A stretch of 64,000 bases of DNA from Promethearchaeota archaeon (GCA_029838195.1 JALGVJ010000002.1:32001-96000), one strand, 5' to 3'. Shown: positions 1 through 9,267, counted from the stretch's first letter. The notes: generated from the sequence alone by a model not told the origin. Made by a program: numbers and translations.

Positions 1-1
1 A

Positions 2-853
2 GCTAATGAAGAGTATTTAAAAGCTCTTCTAAATTATCAAAAAGCTTTAGAATTATTAAATTCCATAGGATGGCATCATCAAACTCGAAATATTAAAGCA
101 ATAATTATCAATTTGAAAAAGCAAATCCAAGATCAAAAAAAATCTGCCAAATTGGAGCAAGTAGAAGAGAAATCCACGATTGAGGAGCGTGGAGAACCCA
201 AGATAATACAGCCGGAGCCAATGGAAGAGCTTCGAGAATACAAGGTTCTTGAATTAAAGAAAAAAAGAGAAGAAGTTGAACAGATTCAGAATAAAGCATT
301 CAAGCTAATTGATAAAGCTAATGAGCTAGAAAAAGCAGAAGAACTTGATGAAGCACTCACAAATCTAAATGAGGCAATAAAATTGTTAAAATCTATTGGT
401 TGGGACGATTATTTAACCCCAATCATCACAAAAATTAATCAAATCAAAGATAAAAAGTTGACTCAAGAAAGAAAGAGAGAATTAGAACAAAAAATGAAAC
501 AAGTTGTTGAAAAAGCAGAACTTGAACAAGTCGATTTAAAAGAAGTAGAAATAGCAGAAAATTTAGAAGATGTAGATATTTTGACTAAAAAAATAACTCA
601 AATGGTAGAAAAAAGTAAAAAGGATATAATGTTAAGGGAAAAGCAAAGACGAGAAAACGTGAAAGCTCAAGCAGCTCAATTTAGCAAATCCATGGGAGAC
701 TTAATTAAGCTTAAAAGAGAATTTATTGAAGAATTAAAAAAAGCGAAAATGGAGGAGGAAAAAAAACTACAGCAGTTAGAGCAAGAAAAAGAGAGAGAAA
801 AATTAGATGAGATTGCACGGATGTTAGATGAGCTTAATAGGAAAAAGCAATGA
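2..853 (+). CDS. C-terminal part of a helical-repeat/coiled-coil protein (5' truncated by the window edge)
   Basis: The frame is open from position 2 (ANEEYLKALLNYQKALELLNSIGW...) into the listed 113..853 ORF. It has a repeated TPR-like unit (ALELLNSIGW / AIKLLKSIGW) and E/K-rich heptads. Confidence 0.75.
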   Translation, partial: ANEEYLKALLNYQKALELLNSIGWHHQTRNIKAIIINLKKQIQDQKKSAKLEQVEEKSTIEERGEPKIIQPEPMEELREYKVLELKKKREEVEQIQNKAFKLIDKANELEKAEELDEALTNLNEAIKLLKSIGWDDYLTPIITKINQIKDKKLTQERKRELEQKMKQVVEKAELEQVDLKEVEIAENLEDVDILTKKITQMVEKSKKDIMLREKQRRENVKAQAAQFSKSMGDLIKLKREFIEELKKAKMEEEKKLQQLEQEKEREKLDEIARMLDELNRKKQ

Positions 854-860
854 GGAAAGA

Positions 861-2420
861 TTAAAAACCAGATTTTACTCTTATTTTAATAGCACGCGAT
901 TTTAATACATGAATTATTGCCCCAAAATTCATGGCAAGCACGAGGAACATCCCTCCTAACTTCAAATTAAAACCTAATGAAATGGAGAGAGAGAATGTTC
1001 CTGAAGGTATGTCGGTACTGTACACTAATTTGACTAATAAAAAATAAGAACGGTTTTCTTGAGAATACAACCCCATTTCTTTTATATCTGAATTAATTGT
1101 GAATTGAGAAATTGAATTCCCAAGCAAAATAGGACATCCATAATCGTCTGGTTCCGAGTTAAATAAATATATCTCTGCATCAGCAGATTCAGGCTCTTCT
1201 AATTTAAAAAAATAATGATTCACGCTTAAATTAATTGGCAAGCACAATACATGTTTGTCTGATCCTAATGTAAAATCGATCTCCGTGAAGCTATTGATAT
1301 TTAATGGGGGATTCAATGCATCTAATGCAGCATATCCTTGTACAATCCCCCAACCTTGCACGTTATCTTGAATTGTTAATGGTTCGTAGGTTTTATATGA
1401 AGTTAGTGAGATTATATTTTTAAGTTCTAAAGCAGTTAAATTCCGATTTTTTTCTAACATTAATGCTGCTAATCCAGAAACTAACGGAGTTGAACCTGAG
1501 GTGCCTGAATATGTTTCATATTTTTTTCCATTATTAGAAGTAGTTGCTCCATAAATTTCATGAGCTGGAGCGCATGTGTCTGGCTTGATCATTCCTTCGT
1601 GAGTTGGTCCTTTTCCACTCAAGTAATACATGGTGTTCTCATCTACAATTCCTCCCACGGTTAAGGCAGATTTAGCAGAACCCGGAGCTGAAACGGATCC
1701 AACTCCATCGTCCGAGCCTCCACCTCCTCCATAATTTCCGGCAGCAGCGACCACTAGAATATTTTCTCTTACCAATTGTTCTACAGCATCATTTATTTCA
1801 TTTATCAAGTCTACATAATTTTCGTCATATTCTACTCCAAAACTCATGCTTGCTATTCTAATATTATATTTTTCTTTATTTTGGAGGATCCAATTAATTG
1901 CCTTCTTTAATTTCTCTACGTCAGAAACGATTTCACCATTTTGGTATTTAAAAATTTTTAAAATGACAAATCTTACATTAGGAGCAATTCCTTGATAATT
2001 CTTGCTATTTCCACCCAATATGGATGCAGTCCACGTTCCATGCCATGAAATATCATAAGGATGAGGGGATTCTCCATTTACACTATCGTCATAGAATGCT
2101 CTTATTCGTCTTGCCCAACTAATTGTATTGTCATTAGTAAAGACCTCGTGAATGGCATCAATTCCTGTATCTATCACGGCTACTGTTACCTTATTTCCTG
2201 TTAAATCGTTATTCCAAGTATTTTCCGTTAACTTAATATAATCTTTTGCTTGAAATTGAGAATCCAAATCTAAAGGAGTTGAGAGAACGTTTTTCTTAGA
2301 AGGAATATTAAGATGATTCGAGATATTTTCTTTATTTAAATCAAGATATAAGATAGGCTCTTTCTGGGAATGTTGCACTATAATTATCCCACATGGAAAG
2401 CCCCAAATTATTAATATCAA
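861..2420 (-). CDS. Membrane-anchored S8 subtilisin-like serine peptidase
   Basis: Catalytic triad motifs VIDTG, WHGT and GTSGS; oxyanion motif AAAGN; hydrophobic N- and C-termini. Confidence 0.92.
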   Translation of the reverse strand: MILIIWGFPCGIIIVQHSQKEPILYLDLNKENISNHLNIPSKKNVLSTPLDLDSQFQAKDYIKLTENTWNNDLTGNKVTVAVIDTGIDAIHEVFTNDNTISWARRIRAFYDDSVNGESPHPYDISWHGTWTASILGGNSKNYQGIAPNVRFVILKIFKYQNGEIVSDVEKLKKAINWILQNKEKYNIRIASMSFGVEYDENYVDLINEINDAVEQLVRENILVVAAAGNYGGGGGSDDGVGSVSAPGSAKSALTVGGIVDENTMYYLSGKGPTHEGMIKPDTCAPAHEIYGATTSNNGKKYETYSGTSGSTPLVSGLAALMLEKNRNLTALELKNIISLTSYKTYEPLTIQDNVQGWGIVQGYAALDALNPPLNINSFTEIDFTLGSDKHVLCLPINLSVNHYFFKLEEPESADAEIYLFNSEPDDYGCPILLGNSISQFTINSDIKEMGLYSQENRSYFLLVKLVYSTDIPSGTFSLSISLGFNLKLGGMFLVLAMNFGAIIHVLKSRAIKIRVKSGF

Positions 2421-2521
2421 GAAAGTTATATATTTTAATCTCGTTTGAACTTAAAACACCTAAAAATCTATAAATGTAAGTTTTTATATTATTATAAATA
2501 AAAGAAAATAGCTTTTTAAAA

Positions 2522-4108
2522 ATGTCTCATAGAAAAAAAGAGCATGTCTTCAAATCACGGTTATTTGCAAGGCAACAACTCATAGAAGGCTGGGACCAAG
2601 AAGTGTTAAATCAAAGTTGTATCTTGATAGCGGGAGTTGGGGCATTGGGATGTGAAATTGCAAAAGATTTTACTTTGATGGGTATTAAAAAATTAATCTT
2701 AATTGATTTGGATACTATTGAAACTTCAAATTTATCCCGACAAATGTTATTTCGTCCTGGAGATGAAGGTAGACCAAAAGCAGAGGTAGCTGCAGAAAGA
2801 TTGAAAGAAATGAATCCTTTCATTGAAATTGACTATTATTTTGAAAAACTCCAAAATATTCCGTTGGATGTGTATGAAGAAGCGGATATAATTGTCGCTG
2901 CATTGGATAATTACAATGCTCGCTTGGATTTGAATAAGCTAGCATTACGCTTGAAAAAACCATTTGTAGAAGGGGGTACAGTAGGTTTTGAAGGTCATGT
3001 TCAAATTGTCATTCCAGAAGGAAGTGGCATTTCCTATGGAAATCGAGAACGAGAAATTGAAAGAGTGGTTAATGAAGAATTATGGAATTTAGATGAAACC
3101 CAATATCCCGATTATTTTAAAGCTCTAAAAAAAATAGAAGAATTGGAAGAAGAAATTGAGAGAATAAAGAGAGAAAAAATTGACCCCGTAAGAGAAGAAA
3201 TTAAAAAGCAAGTTGAAAGTCAATTTGACGATAAACATGCTCCTAAATTATTAAATATTACACCTTGTTATAGATGTCTCGTTCCCATACCCCCTCCCGA
3301 TGATAAATTGATCGCAGCTTGTACGTTAAAAGGATTACCACGAAATAGAAATGATTGTGTTATTAAAGCAGAGGTTAATTTTGAGAAAGAATTTAGCCGA
3401 AAACCGGATTTGAGAAATGATGATGACGTTTTAAAATTAAAAGAATTAGCCCAAGAAGAATTAGAAAAATTAAGAGAACGCGTTTTTGAAGAAAATGTCC
3501 CGCCTGAGAAAAAAAATGCATTAACTGAGGAGGAAATTTTAGAATGGAAGGAAAACATTCGGACCACGTTTGGTCCCGATTTTCAATTTCATGAAATGGA
3601 AAATATTTTAGGAAACAAAATTCCGGCTATTCAATCCGTTAGCTCTATAATTGCCAGCATTCAATCGCAAGAAGTATTAAAATTATTATTTAGAACAAAA
3701 GGTAGAAATATTGGCGACCCCATGTATCCTCCCTATATTAATTATAACGGGGTATATGGGCAGTTTGACATGTTAGACATAATAAAAAGAGAAGATTGTT
3801 TAGCTTGTGGTAAAATAGAAGGGGAAGAGACAATTCATTTAGTAGTTCCTTTTAATGCAGATGTAGGTTATATTTTTAAAGCCTTGCAATTAATTGAGAT
3901 AGATCTTAATCCTGAAGAATGGATGATCACGAATTCAATAACTAAGGAAATTGCATGGCATCCTCTAATTCCTCAGTTTAAAGATCCTACAATTAAACTG
4001 AATTCATTAAATATAAAAAATAATGATATTATACATTTGACGCCCCTTGGAAAAGCCCGAGAGCAATTTGAAATAAAAAAATATAATGCTATTATTTCTT
4101 ACATGTAA
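2522..4108 (+). CDS. Ubiquitin-activating enzyme E1-like protein (ThiF/UBA family)
   Basis: GVGALG, DLDTIETSNLSRQMLF, Zn pairs CYRC and CLAC, catalytic-Cys motif ACTLKGLPR resembling eukaryotic UBA2/UBA3, and a C-terminal extension. Confidence 0.9.
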   Translation: MSHRKKEHVFKSRLFARQQLIEGWDQEVLNQSCILIAGVGALGCEIAKDFTLMGIKKLILIDLDTIETSNLSRQMLFRPGDEGRPKAEVAAERLKEMNPFIEIDYYFEKLQNIPLDVYEEADIIVAALDNYNARLDLNKLALRLKKPFVEGGTVGFEGHVQIVIPEGSGISYGNREREIERVVNEELWNLDETQYPDYFKALKKIEELEEEIERIKREKIDPVREEIKKQVESQFDDKHAPKLLNITPCYRCLVPIPPPDDKLIAACTLKGLPRNRNDCVIKAEVNFEKEFSRKPDLRNDDDVLKLKELAQEELEKLRERVFEENVPPEKKNALTEEEILEWKENIRTTFGPDFQFHEMENILGNKIPAIQSVSSIIASIQSQEVLKLLFRTKGRNIGDPMYPPYINYNGVYGQFDMLDIIKREDCLACGKIEGEETIHLVVPFNADVGYIFKALQLIEIDLNPEEWMITNSITKEIAWHPLIPQFKDPTIKLNSLNIKNNDIIHLTPLGKAREQFEIKKYNAIISYM

Positions 4109-4190
4109 TTTAACACGGCCATTCCATTAAATGAAAAAAAAGTCGTTTTTATCTTGCTTTAATTTTAAATTTATTCATTATCCTCTTAAT

Positions 4191-4808
4191 CTATTGTCTA
4201 TTTTTCAGTTTTTCTCTGACCATTTCTTTTAACTCTCCAATTAAATGAGATTCTATACCTGCTTTTTCCCCGCAAATCATATCTTTTTGCATGTCTCCGA
4301 AAAAGATCGCTTCAGATTTATCTACCTTTAATTCTTTTAATATTTTCAACAAACCATCTGGTTCGGGTTTCCAATGACGCACATCTTCTCTTCCAACGAT
4401 CATATCAAATTTATTTTCAAGACCCAAGATTTCAAGCGCTTTTTTAATTGTTTTTCTCGTATTTAATGACATGATGGCTAATTTAACATCATCTTTAACG
4501 CAAAATTCCTCTAAGTGGTTAATAAAATATAACGATTCTTTTATCGGCGTGCTATTTTCAATATTTCTAACCTCGTGCTCTTCAATTACTTTAAAAAATT
4601 TTTTTAATAAAGTTTCATCTTGTCTTTCTCTAATGTGCGTTAAACACCTTGAAATACTCGTAAATGAATGTTCTTCGCCATAAATCTCATTTACCATGCG
4701 ACTTAAAGTTCGTTTTAATAATGGCCAATCCACTGCTAATTTAATGAGTGTTCCATCTAAATCAAATATGATTAGTCTTTTGTTTTCTAAAGATAGGGAT
4801 CCCATCAT
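4191..4808 (-). CDS. HAD-superfamily hydrolase (phosphoglycolate phosphatase-like)
   Basis: FDLDGT, KPEPDG and FFGDMQKD motifs. Confidence 0.9.
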   Translation of the reverse strand: MMGSLSLENKRLIIFDLDGTLIKLAVDWPLLKRTLSRMVNEIYGEEHSFTSISRCLTHIRERQDETLLKKFFKVIEEHEVRNIENSTPIKESLYFINHLEEFCVKDDVKLAIMSLNTRKTIKKALEILGLENKFDMIVGREDVRHWKPEPDGLLKILKELKVDKSEAIFFGDMQKDMICGEKAGIESHLIGELKEMVREKLKNRQ

Positions 4809-4925
4809 CCTTAATTCTTCCTAATTTGAAAATATTTTACAAAAAGATATCAAAAAAATAAATAAAATAATGTGTTATATAAAACAAGAGCCTGAACGTA
4901 AATTTTGCGCGTGCATGGTGACTAA

Positions 4926-5466
4926 TTAATCCATTGCGTATTTAGCAGTCCATTTTTTTGCTTTTTCCATGAATTTCTTCTGAGAGCGAAAATATTGTTC
5001 ACCAGCTTCATGATTTAATGGATCTCCAGGATTGAAAAAAGGGGGTTCCATGTGCATCATGCCTTTTAAGGCTTCAATAATATTCGTCAGAGTTTTACTT
5101 GGTGTCCAGCCAGAAGCTCCTGTAGCTGCATCTACTTTGCCAACCAAATCCGGATTGAGCAGATCCAAGCAGATATTTAATTTCCCCGGCGGAATGGAAG
5201 AGTCTATATTTGGATGCCACATTAAGGTAACAGCATATGCATTTCCCCAAATTAGTCAGAATCGGCTAATTTAATGGAGGTTGGAATGGATAATTTGGCG
5301 GAAATTTAATCTCAAATACAAATCGCCCTTTTGCATATGGAGTTCCTTCTTTTCCAATGATTGTTAGTCTCAAATGGTCAATACTTCTCCCCCATGGCTC
5401 CAGAATCACGTATTCATCATCTTTAAATACTTCCAATGCTTCCGTATAATCCGTTTCTTCTCGCAT
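4926..5466 (-). CDS. Ubiquitin-conjugating enzyme E2, split by a 31-nt putative intron (exons 5466..5274 and 5242..4926; 169 aa if spliced)
   Basis: The 5' ORF has GTPYAKGRF..FPPNYPFQPP and the 3' ORF has WHPNI..NICLDLL..WTP. Removing 5243..5273 gives PFQPP-Y-AYAVTL-MWHPN, the canonical 8-residue PP-to-W spacing. Confidence 0.9.
5243..5273 (-). other. Putative 31-nt BHB-type pre-mRNA intron
   Basis: Minus strand reads CUCC AU|U AAAUUAG-(10 nt)-CUAAUUU GGGG AA|A. This gives a 4-bp central helix CUCC/GGGG, a 3-nt bulge and a 7-bp intron helix. The insert contains an in-frame UAG and shifts the frame. Confidence 0.72.
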
Positions 5467-5762
5467 TTTAATATTTCTCCTATATCAATTAATATATGAA
5501 TAACTATCTAGTAATTCTATTAGTTTTTAAAATTTTTGATTTCATAAAATTTTTTATCTTTTGAAATTGATAGAGATCTCTAAGGATTTATCCTATTAAA
5601 GATTATTTATACTAGGAGACATTGAGCATCAATTTTATTAAGACTCATCATGTTTATTTCCTATTCATGTTTTCACCATGGAGCAACTCTTCAATTTATA
5701 AAGATCGAAAAAAATATATTCAGTCGATTATTTTTGAAATCAATGAAATAATGGAAAAAATT

Positions 5763-5928
5763 CCCCTCTTAACTCAGACTGGTAGAGTGCTCGGCTGTAG
5801 ATATTAAAAATCGCGCAAGAAGGATCAAGCATCCAATGATCATGCGTCAGCAGGCACCGAGATGTCGCCGGATCAAAATGGGTGTTTTAAATTAATAAAA
5901 ACCCATGATAAGCCGGCAGAGGGGACCA
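5763..5928 (+). tRNA. tRNA-Tyr(GTA) with two introns (5801..5855 at 37/38; 5878..5911 at 59/60) and encoded CCA
   Basis: Acceptor stem CCCCTCT/AGAGGGG with C1-G72, A73 and CCA; D stem ACTC/GAGT; anticodon stem CTCGG/CCGAG with GTA at 5797..5799; T stem GCCGG/CCGGC; BHB motifs at both introns; T-tract downstream. Confidence 0.93.
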
Positions 5929-5942
5929 TTTTCTTTTTTTTG
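5929..5942 (+). terminator. Oligo-T archaeal terminator after tRNA-Tyr
   Basis: TTTTCTTTTTTTTT lies immediately after the CCA. Confidence 0.6.
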
Positions 5943-6293
5943 ATTTTATTTTAGAATTGTCATTTTTTTATAAGTATTAAAATCGTTTATGCTACGAAAT
6001 ATTTTAAGGTTTTTTTCATTGAATTAGTTATTAAATTTTAGACGTCTAAAGATATGGAAAAATTTTAGATGAGGTATTGAACTAATTATCGTCATTAAAA
6101 TATCAGAACTTTTTTTAATTTTTTTTAATTTGATTTATTTTCTCTTATTATATAACATCCAAAATTTAATTTTAATGTAGTCTTTCAGTAAATTGCCTCA
6201 TAATTCCCCCAATTCTTTAAAACATGCCAAATGCAAAAATAATTAATGAGAACACGGAAAAAAAATTAAGTTTATCAATAATTTCCTTATATA

Positions 6294-7580
6294 TTACATT
6301 TCTTCTTTAAACTCTAACTTCGAAAACAGAAATGCTATTATAAGAGGTATTCCAGCTAAACTTACATAATCTCTTATTAATACATTATAAGTACTAATGA
6401 ATAGATAAAAAAATAAAAAAAATAGAAAAGCTGAAGCGATTATTAAAAAAAGGTGAAATTTATTTTTACATTGAATAAGCCCTAAAATAATAGTAATGAA
6501 TATTATAAAAATAGTAATAATAATACAGTTTGTCATTCCATAATTAAGGGTACTCTTTAAGATAGTTACGATGATATTACCTGGAAATATTAATTCATCA
6601 TCTCGCCAATTACTCATTTTACAATTATGCCCTATTGGTGCTACATTGATAAACCAATCTATATCCATTAACATAAATGGTAATATCCACGCTAGGAAAC
6701 AAGAGATTGAAATTATCGAAAGAATAATTGTATTTTTAAATCCATAAATTTTTAAAATATATAAAAAAACAATTACCCCGATCAACCAAAGATGCATTCT
6801 TGCTGCTAAAAGAGAACCAAATAGTATTGAAAAACTTAATACTTTTTTATTTATGGGTAATGGTTCATGTGGGGTAAGTTTAATATATTTGAAAAGAATT
6901 TTTTGTTCAGGAATTTTATCTGGAAGAATAAATAAACACAAGCAAAAAAGAATCTGAATTGTTAAAAGGTCACTTTGCATTACCATTTCTAAAAAGAAAA
7001 AATCAGAAAATGTAATAAATGAGATGATTGGCAAAATTATTTTATCATTTTCCGAGTCAATAAATTTATAAAAAATAAAAATATAAAAGAAAACTATTGT
7101 AATTAATGCCATAAAAAAAGTATGTCCATTTGTAATTAAATAAATTGGCATGTAAAGAAAATAAGAAAAAGGTAAATTACTGGGTCTTAATCCTAAAGAG
7201 CTCATGGTATAATAAGGATTTTCACCCCTAAAAATAGCTTCAATACAATTCCTAATTTCTTCATCTCTGTCAGATTTGGTCCAATAAACAAATGGATTTC
7301 CAACGACGAACATAATAATACAAGCTATAGATAGTAAAATTGCGAAATAAATAACCCTTTTTTTTATACCTGCTAAATATAAAATAATAGAACAAATCAT
7401 TAAGGATAAACCTAAAAAAGTAAAAGAAAAGAGATTTCTAGTAACAAATTTGCTACTAACCAAAGAGATTAAAAATGGTATAAAAATTAAAATTAATTCC
7501 GTAGGAGTTAATTCTTTCTTTAAAGCTTTAAATTTATCGCTATTTTTGATCTTTGTAAAGTAAATTTTTAAATCTCTCAT
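6294..7580 (-). CDS. Polytopic membrane protein, probable GT-C fold glycosyltransferase
   Basis: About 10 TM segments, a loop SDRDE...GENPY...NLPF typical of lipid-linked sugar transferases, and position next to a GT2/GtrA gene. Confidence 0.6.
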   Translation of the reverse strand: MRDLKIYFTKIKNSDKFKALKKELTPTELILIFIPFLISLVSSKFVTRNLFSFTFLGLSLMICSIILYLAGIKKRVIYFAILLSIACIIMFVVGNPFVYWTKSDRDEEIRNCIEAIFRGENPYYTMSSLGLRPSNLPFSYFLYMPIYLITNGHTFFMALITIVFFYIFIFYKFIDSENDKIILPIISFITFSDFFFLEMVMQSDLLTIQILFCLCLFILPDKIPEQKILFKYIKLTPHEPLPINKKVLSFSILFGSLLAARMHLWLIGVIVFLYILKIYGFKNTIILSIISISCFLAWILPFMLMDIDWFINVAPIGHNCKMSNWRDDELIFPGNIIVTILKSTLNYGMTNCIIITIFIIFITIILGLIQCKNKFHLFLIIASAFLFFLFFYLFISTYNVLIRDYVSLAGIPLIIAFLFSKLEFKEEM

Positions 7581-7815
7581 TTTTAAAAACCTTATATTTT
7601 ACTTTAACTTTATAATATAAAATATTCATAGATCTTAATTTTAGTTTATTATATCATTAATAGATAATGAATGAGTAGATCAATATTAAAAACTAAAAAC
7701 ATCATCCAATTTTTTTAATTAATTTGAAATTGGATAAGAATCCTTTTTTTATTAATATTATTAAATTTACCTTACCTTCTTTTTTTTAAAGTTCTTTCCT
7801 TTATTATCGAAATAA

Positions 7816-9042
7816 TTATTTAATTATGCTGTCAATTTCATTTGCCTTAATTATCTTATTACCTCTTAATATTATTCTAATAATTCCTAAAAAAGTTAAA
7901 ATGATTTTTTTAAAATTCAATTTTGACTTTCCAGACGCTCGTTCATAAAAAATTATGGGAATTTCTTTAATACGTGCCTTACTTAGAAGACAAGCATATA
8001 AGATCTCTTCTGTTATTGAATAATGAGTAGATATAAAATTCTTAAGATTAAATTTATTTATAATTTCTTTTCTAAACATTCTAAAACCACTTGTACAATC
8101 TTTAATATTTGTTTGGAACAACATCCTTACAATAAAATTAGATATCAAAGTTAAAATATATCTACCATAACTCCGTCCGATCGCACCTCCATTTTTTACT
8201 AAACGCGAACCAATGATAACATCATAATTATAAATTTGTTCTAAGAATTCTGGAATATATTTTGGATGATGAGAAAAATCGGCATCTAATTCCATCAATA
8301 TATTATAATCATTTTTTTGAAAATAATTTAAAGCCGTTATGCCGGCTAATCCTCGTCCCTTTTCTCCTCTTCTAATTATCAATTTTATATTTCTATATTT
8401 TTTTTGTTTATTATGTATTATTTCAAGTGTTCCATCGGTACTATTGTCATCGACGATAAGAATATCCTTTTCAAAAGGTAGTGAATTTATCAAATCAATT
8501 AGATTTCCAATATTATTCTTTTCATTAAATGTGGGAATGAAAATAAGGATTTTTAAATGATTTTTATCTATCTCTCCCTTTTTTAAATACGTTTTGTATT
8601 GTAATTCTTTACTCCGAGAAAAAGTCCATAGTTTATTTCCAATAAAATTAAAAAAAAAAGCAACACATATAGCCACTAATTCTCCTAAAATATAATAAAA
8701 ACCAAAATATTCTACAAGCATGAAAAGAACTGTGAGATTTACAAATAAAGATATAACACTTACCGAAATAAATTGTGTATATTTTATCATGAGTTTTTCT
8801 TTGAAAACTTCTTTAAAAGTCCAAATTTTATTTAAGGTAAAATTATGGAGGCTTGAAATAATAAAAGCAATAATTTCTGAAATGATATAAAAAATATGAA
8901 ATATTTCTGTAAATAAAAATAAAACTAAAATATTAACAATTGTTCCCAAGCCACCGACCACAGCAAATCTAAATGCTTGGAGAATGATATTCCATGATAA
9001 ATGATCTGAGGTTTCTTTTTCCAATTTAATAGACGGATTCAT
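7816..9042 (-). CDS. GtrA-like membrane domain fused N-terminally to a polyprenol-phosphate mannose synthase-like GT2
   Basis: N-terminal RFAVVGGLG..NFTLNKIWTF (GtrA); C-terminal IPTFNE, VDDNSTDGT, DADFSH, DCTSGFR and ERASGKSK. Confidence 0.88.
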   Translation of the reverse strand: MNPSIKLEKETSDHLSWNIILQAFRFAVVGGLGTIVNILVLFLFTEIFHIFYIISEIIAFIISSLHNFTLNKIWTFKEVFKEKLMIKYTQFISVSVISLFVNLTVLFMLVEYFGFYYILGELVAICVAFFFNFIGNKLWTFSRSKELQYKTYLKKGEIDKNHLKILIFIPTFNEKNNIGNLIDLINSLPFEKDILIVDDNSTDGTLEIIHNKQKKYRNIKLIIRRGEKGRGLAGITALNYFQKNDYNILMELDADFSHHPKYIPEFLEQIYNYDVIIGSRLVKNGGAIGRSYGRYILTLISNFIVRMLFQTNIKDCTSGFRMFRKEIINKFNLKNFISTHYSITEEILYACLLSKARIKEIPIIFYERASGKSKLNFKKIILTFLGIIRIILRGNKIIKANEIDSIIK

Positions 9043-9267
9043 AGTGATTTTAAAATTAAATTGGGGAATATACCTTATATATTAAAAATTTCGAAATCAG
9101 AAGATTATGCCTTTTTAACACGAAATTTTAGGTTAAAGCAGAATTCAAAACCTAAATATAACTATATCATGTATAAAATAAAAATTATTATTTTTCAATC
9201 GAAATCATAAATTAATAAAATTTTCACTTTTTATTTTTTTAAATCATTTAAAGAATTATATTAATAA

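Noticed and set aside
5243-5273. Stop-codon readthrough (Pyl/Sec) or ribosomal frameshift as the explanation for the split E2
   Set aside because: The two halves are in different frames. Recoding would also leave about 10 extra residues in the conserved PP-x8-WHPN core, and no slippery heptamer is evident.
5032-5274. 80-aa + strand ORF spanning the E2 insert
   Set aside because: Antisense shadow of the E2 gene with no recognisable protein.
5622-5807. 61-aa ORF on the + strand
   Set aside because: It runs into the tRNA-Tyr gene, has a TTG start and no motif, so it is treated as spurious.
5801-5855. Possible nested intron within tRNA intron 1 (CGCA/TGCG, GATCA/TGATC)
   Set aside because: Bulge sizes and flanking pairs do not fit BHB geometry. 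This is probably just the intron's internal stem.
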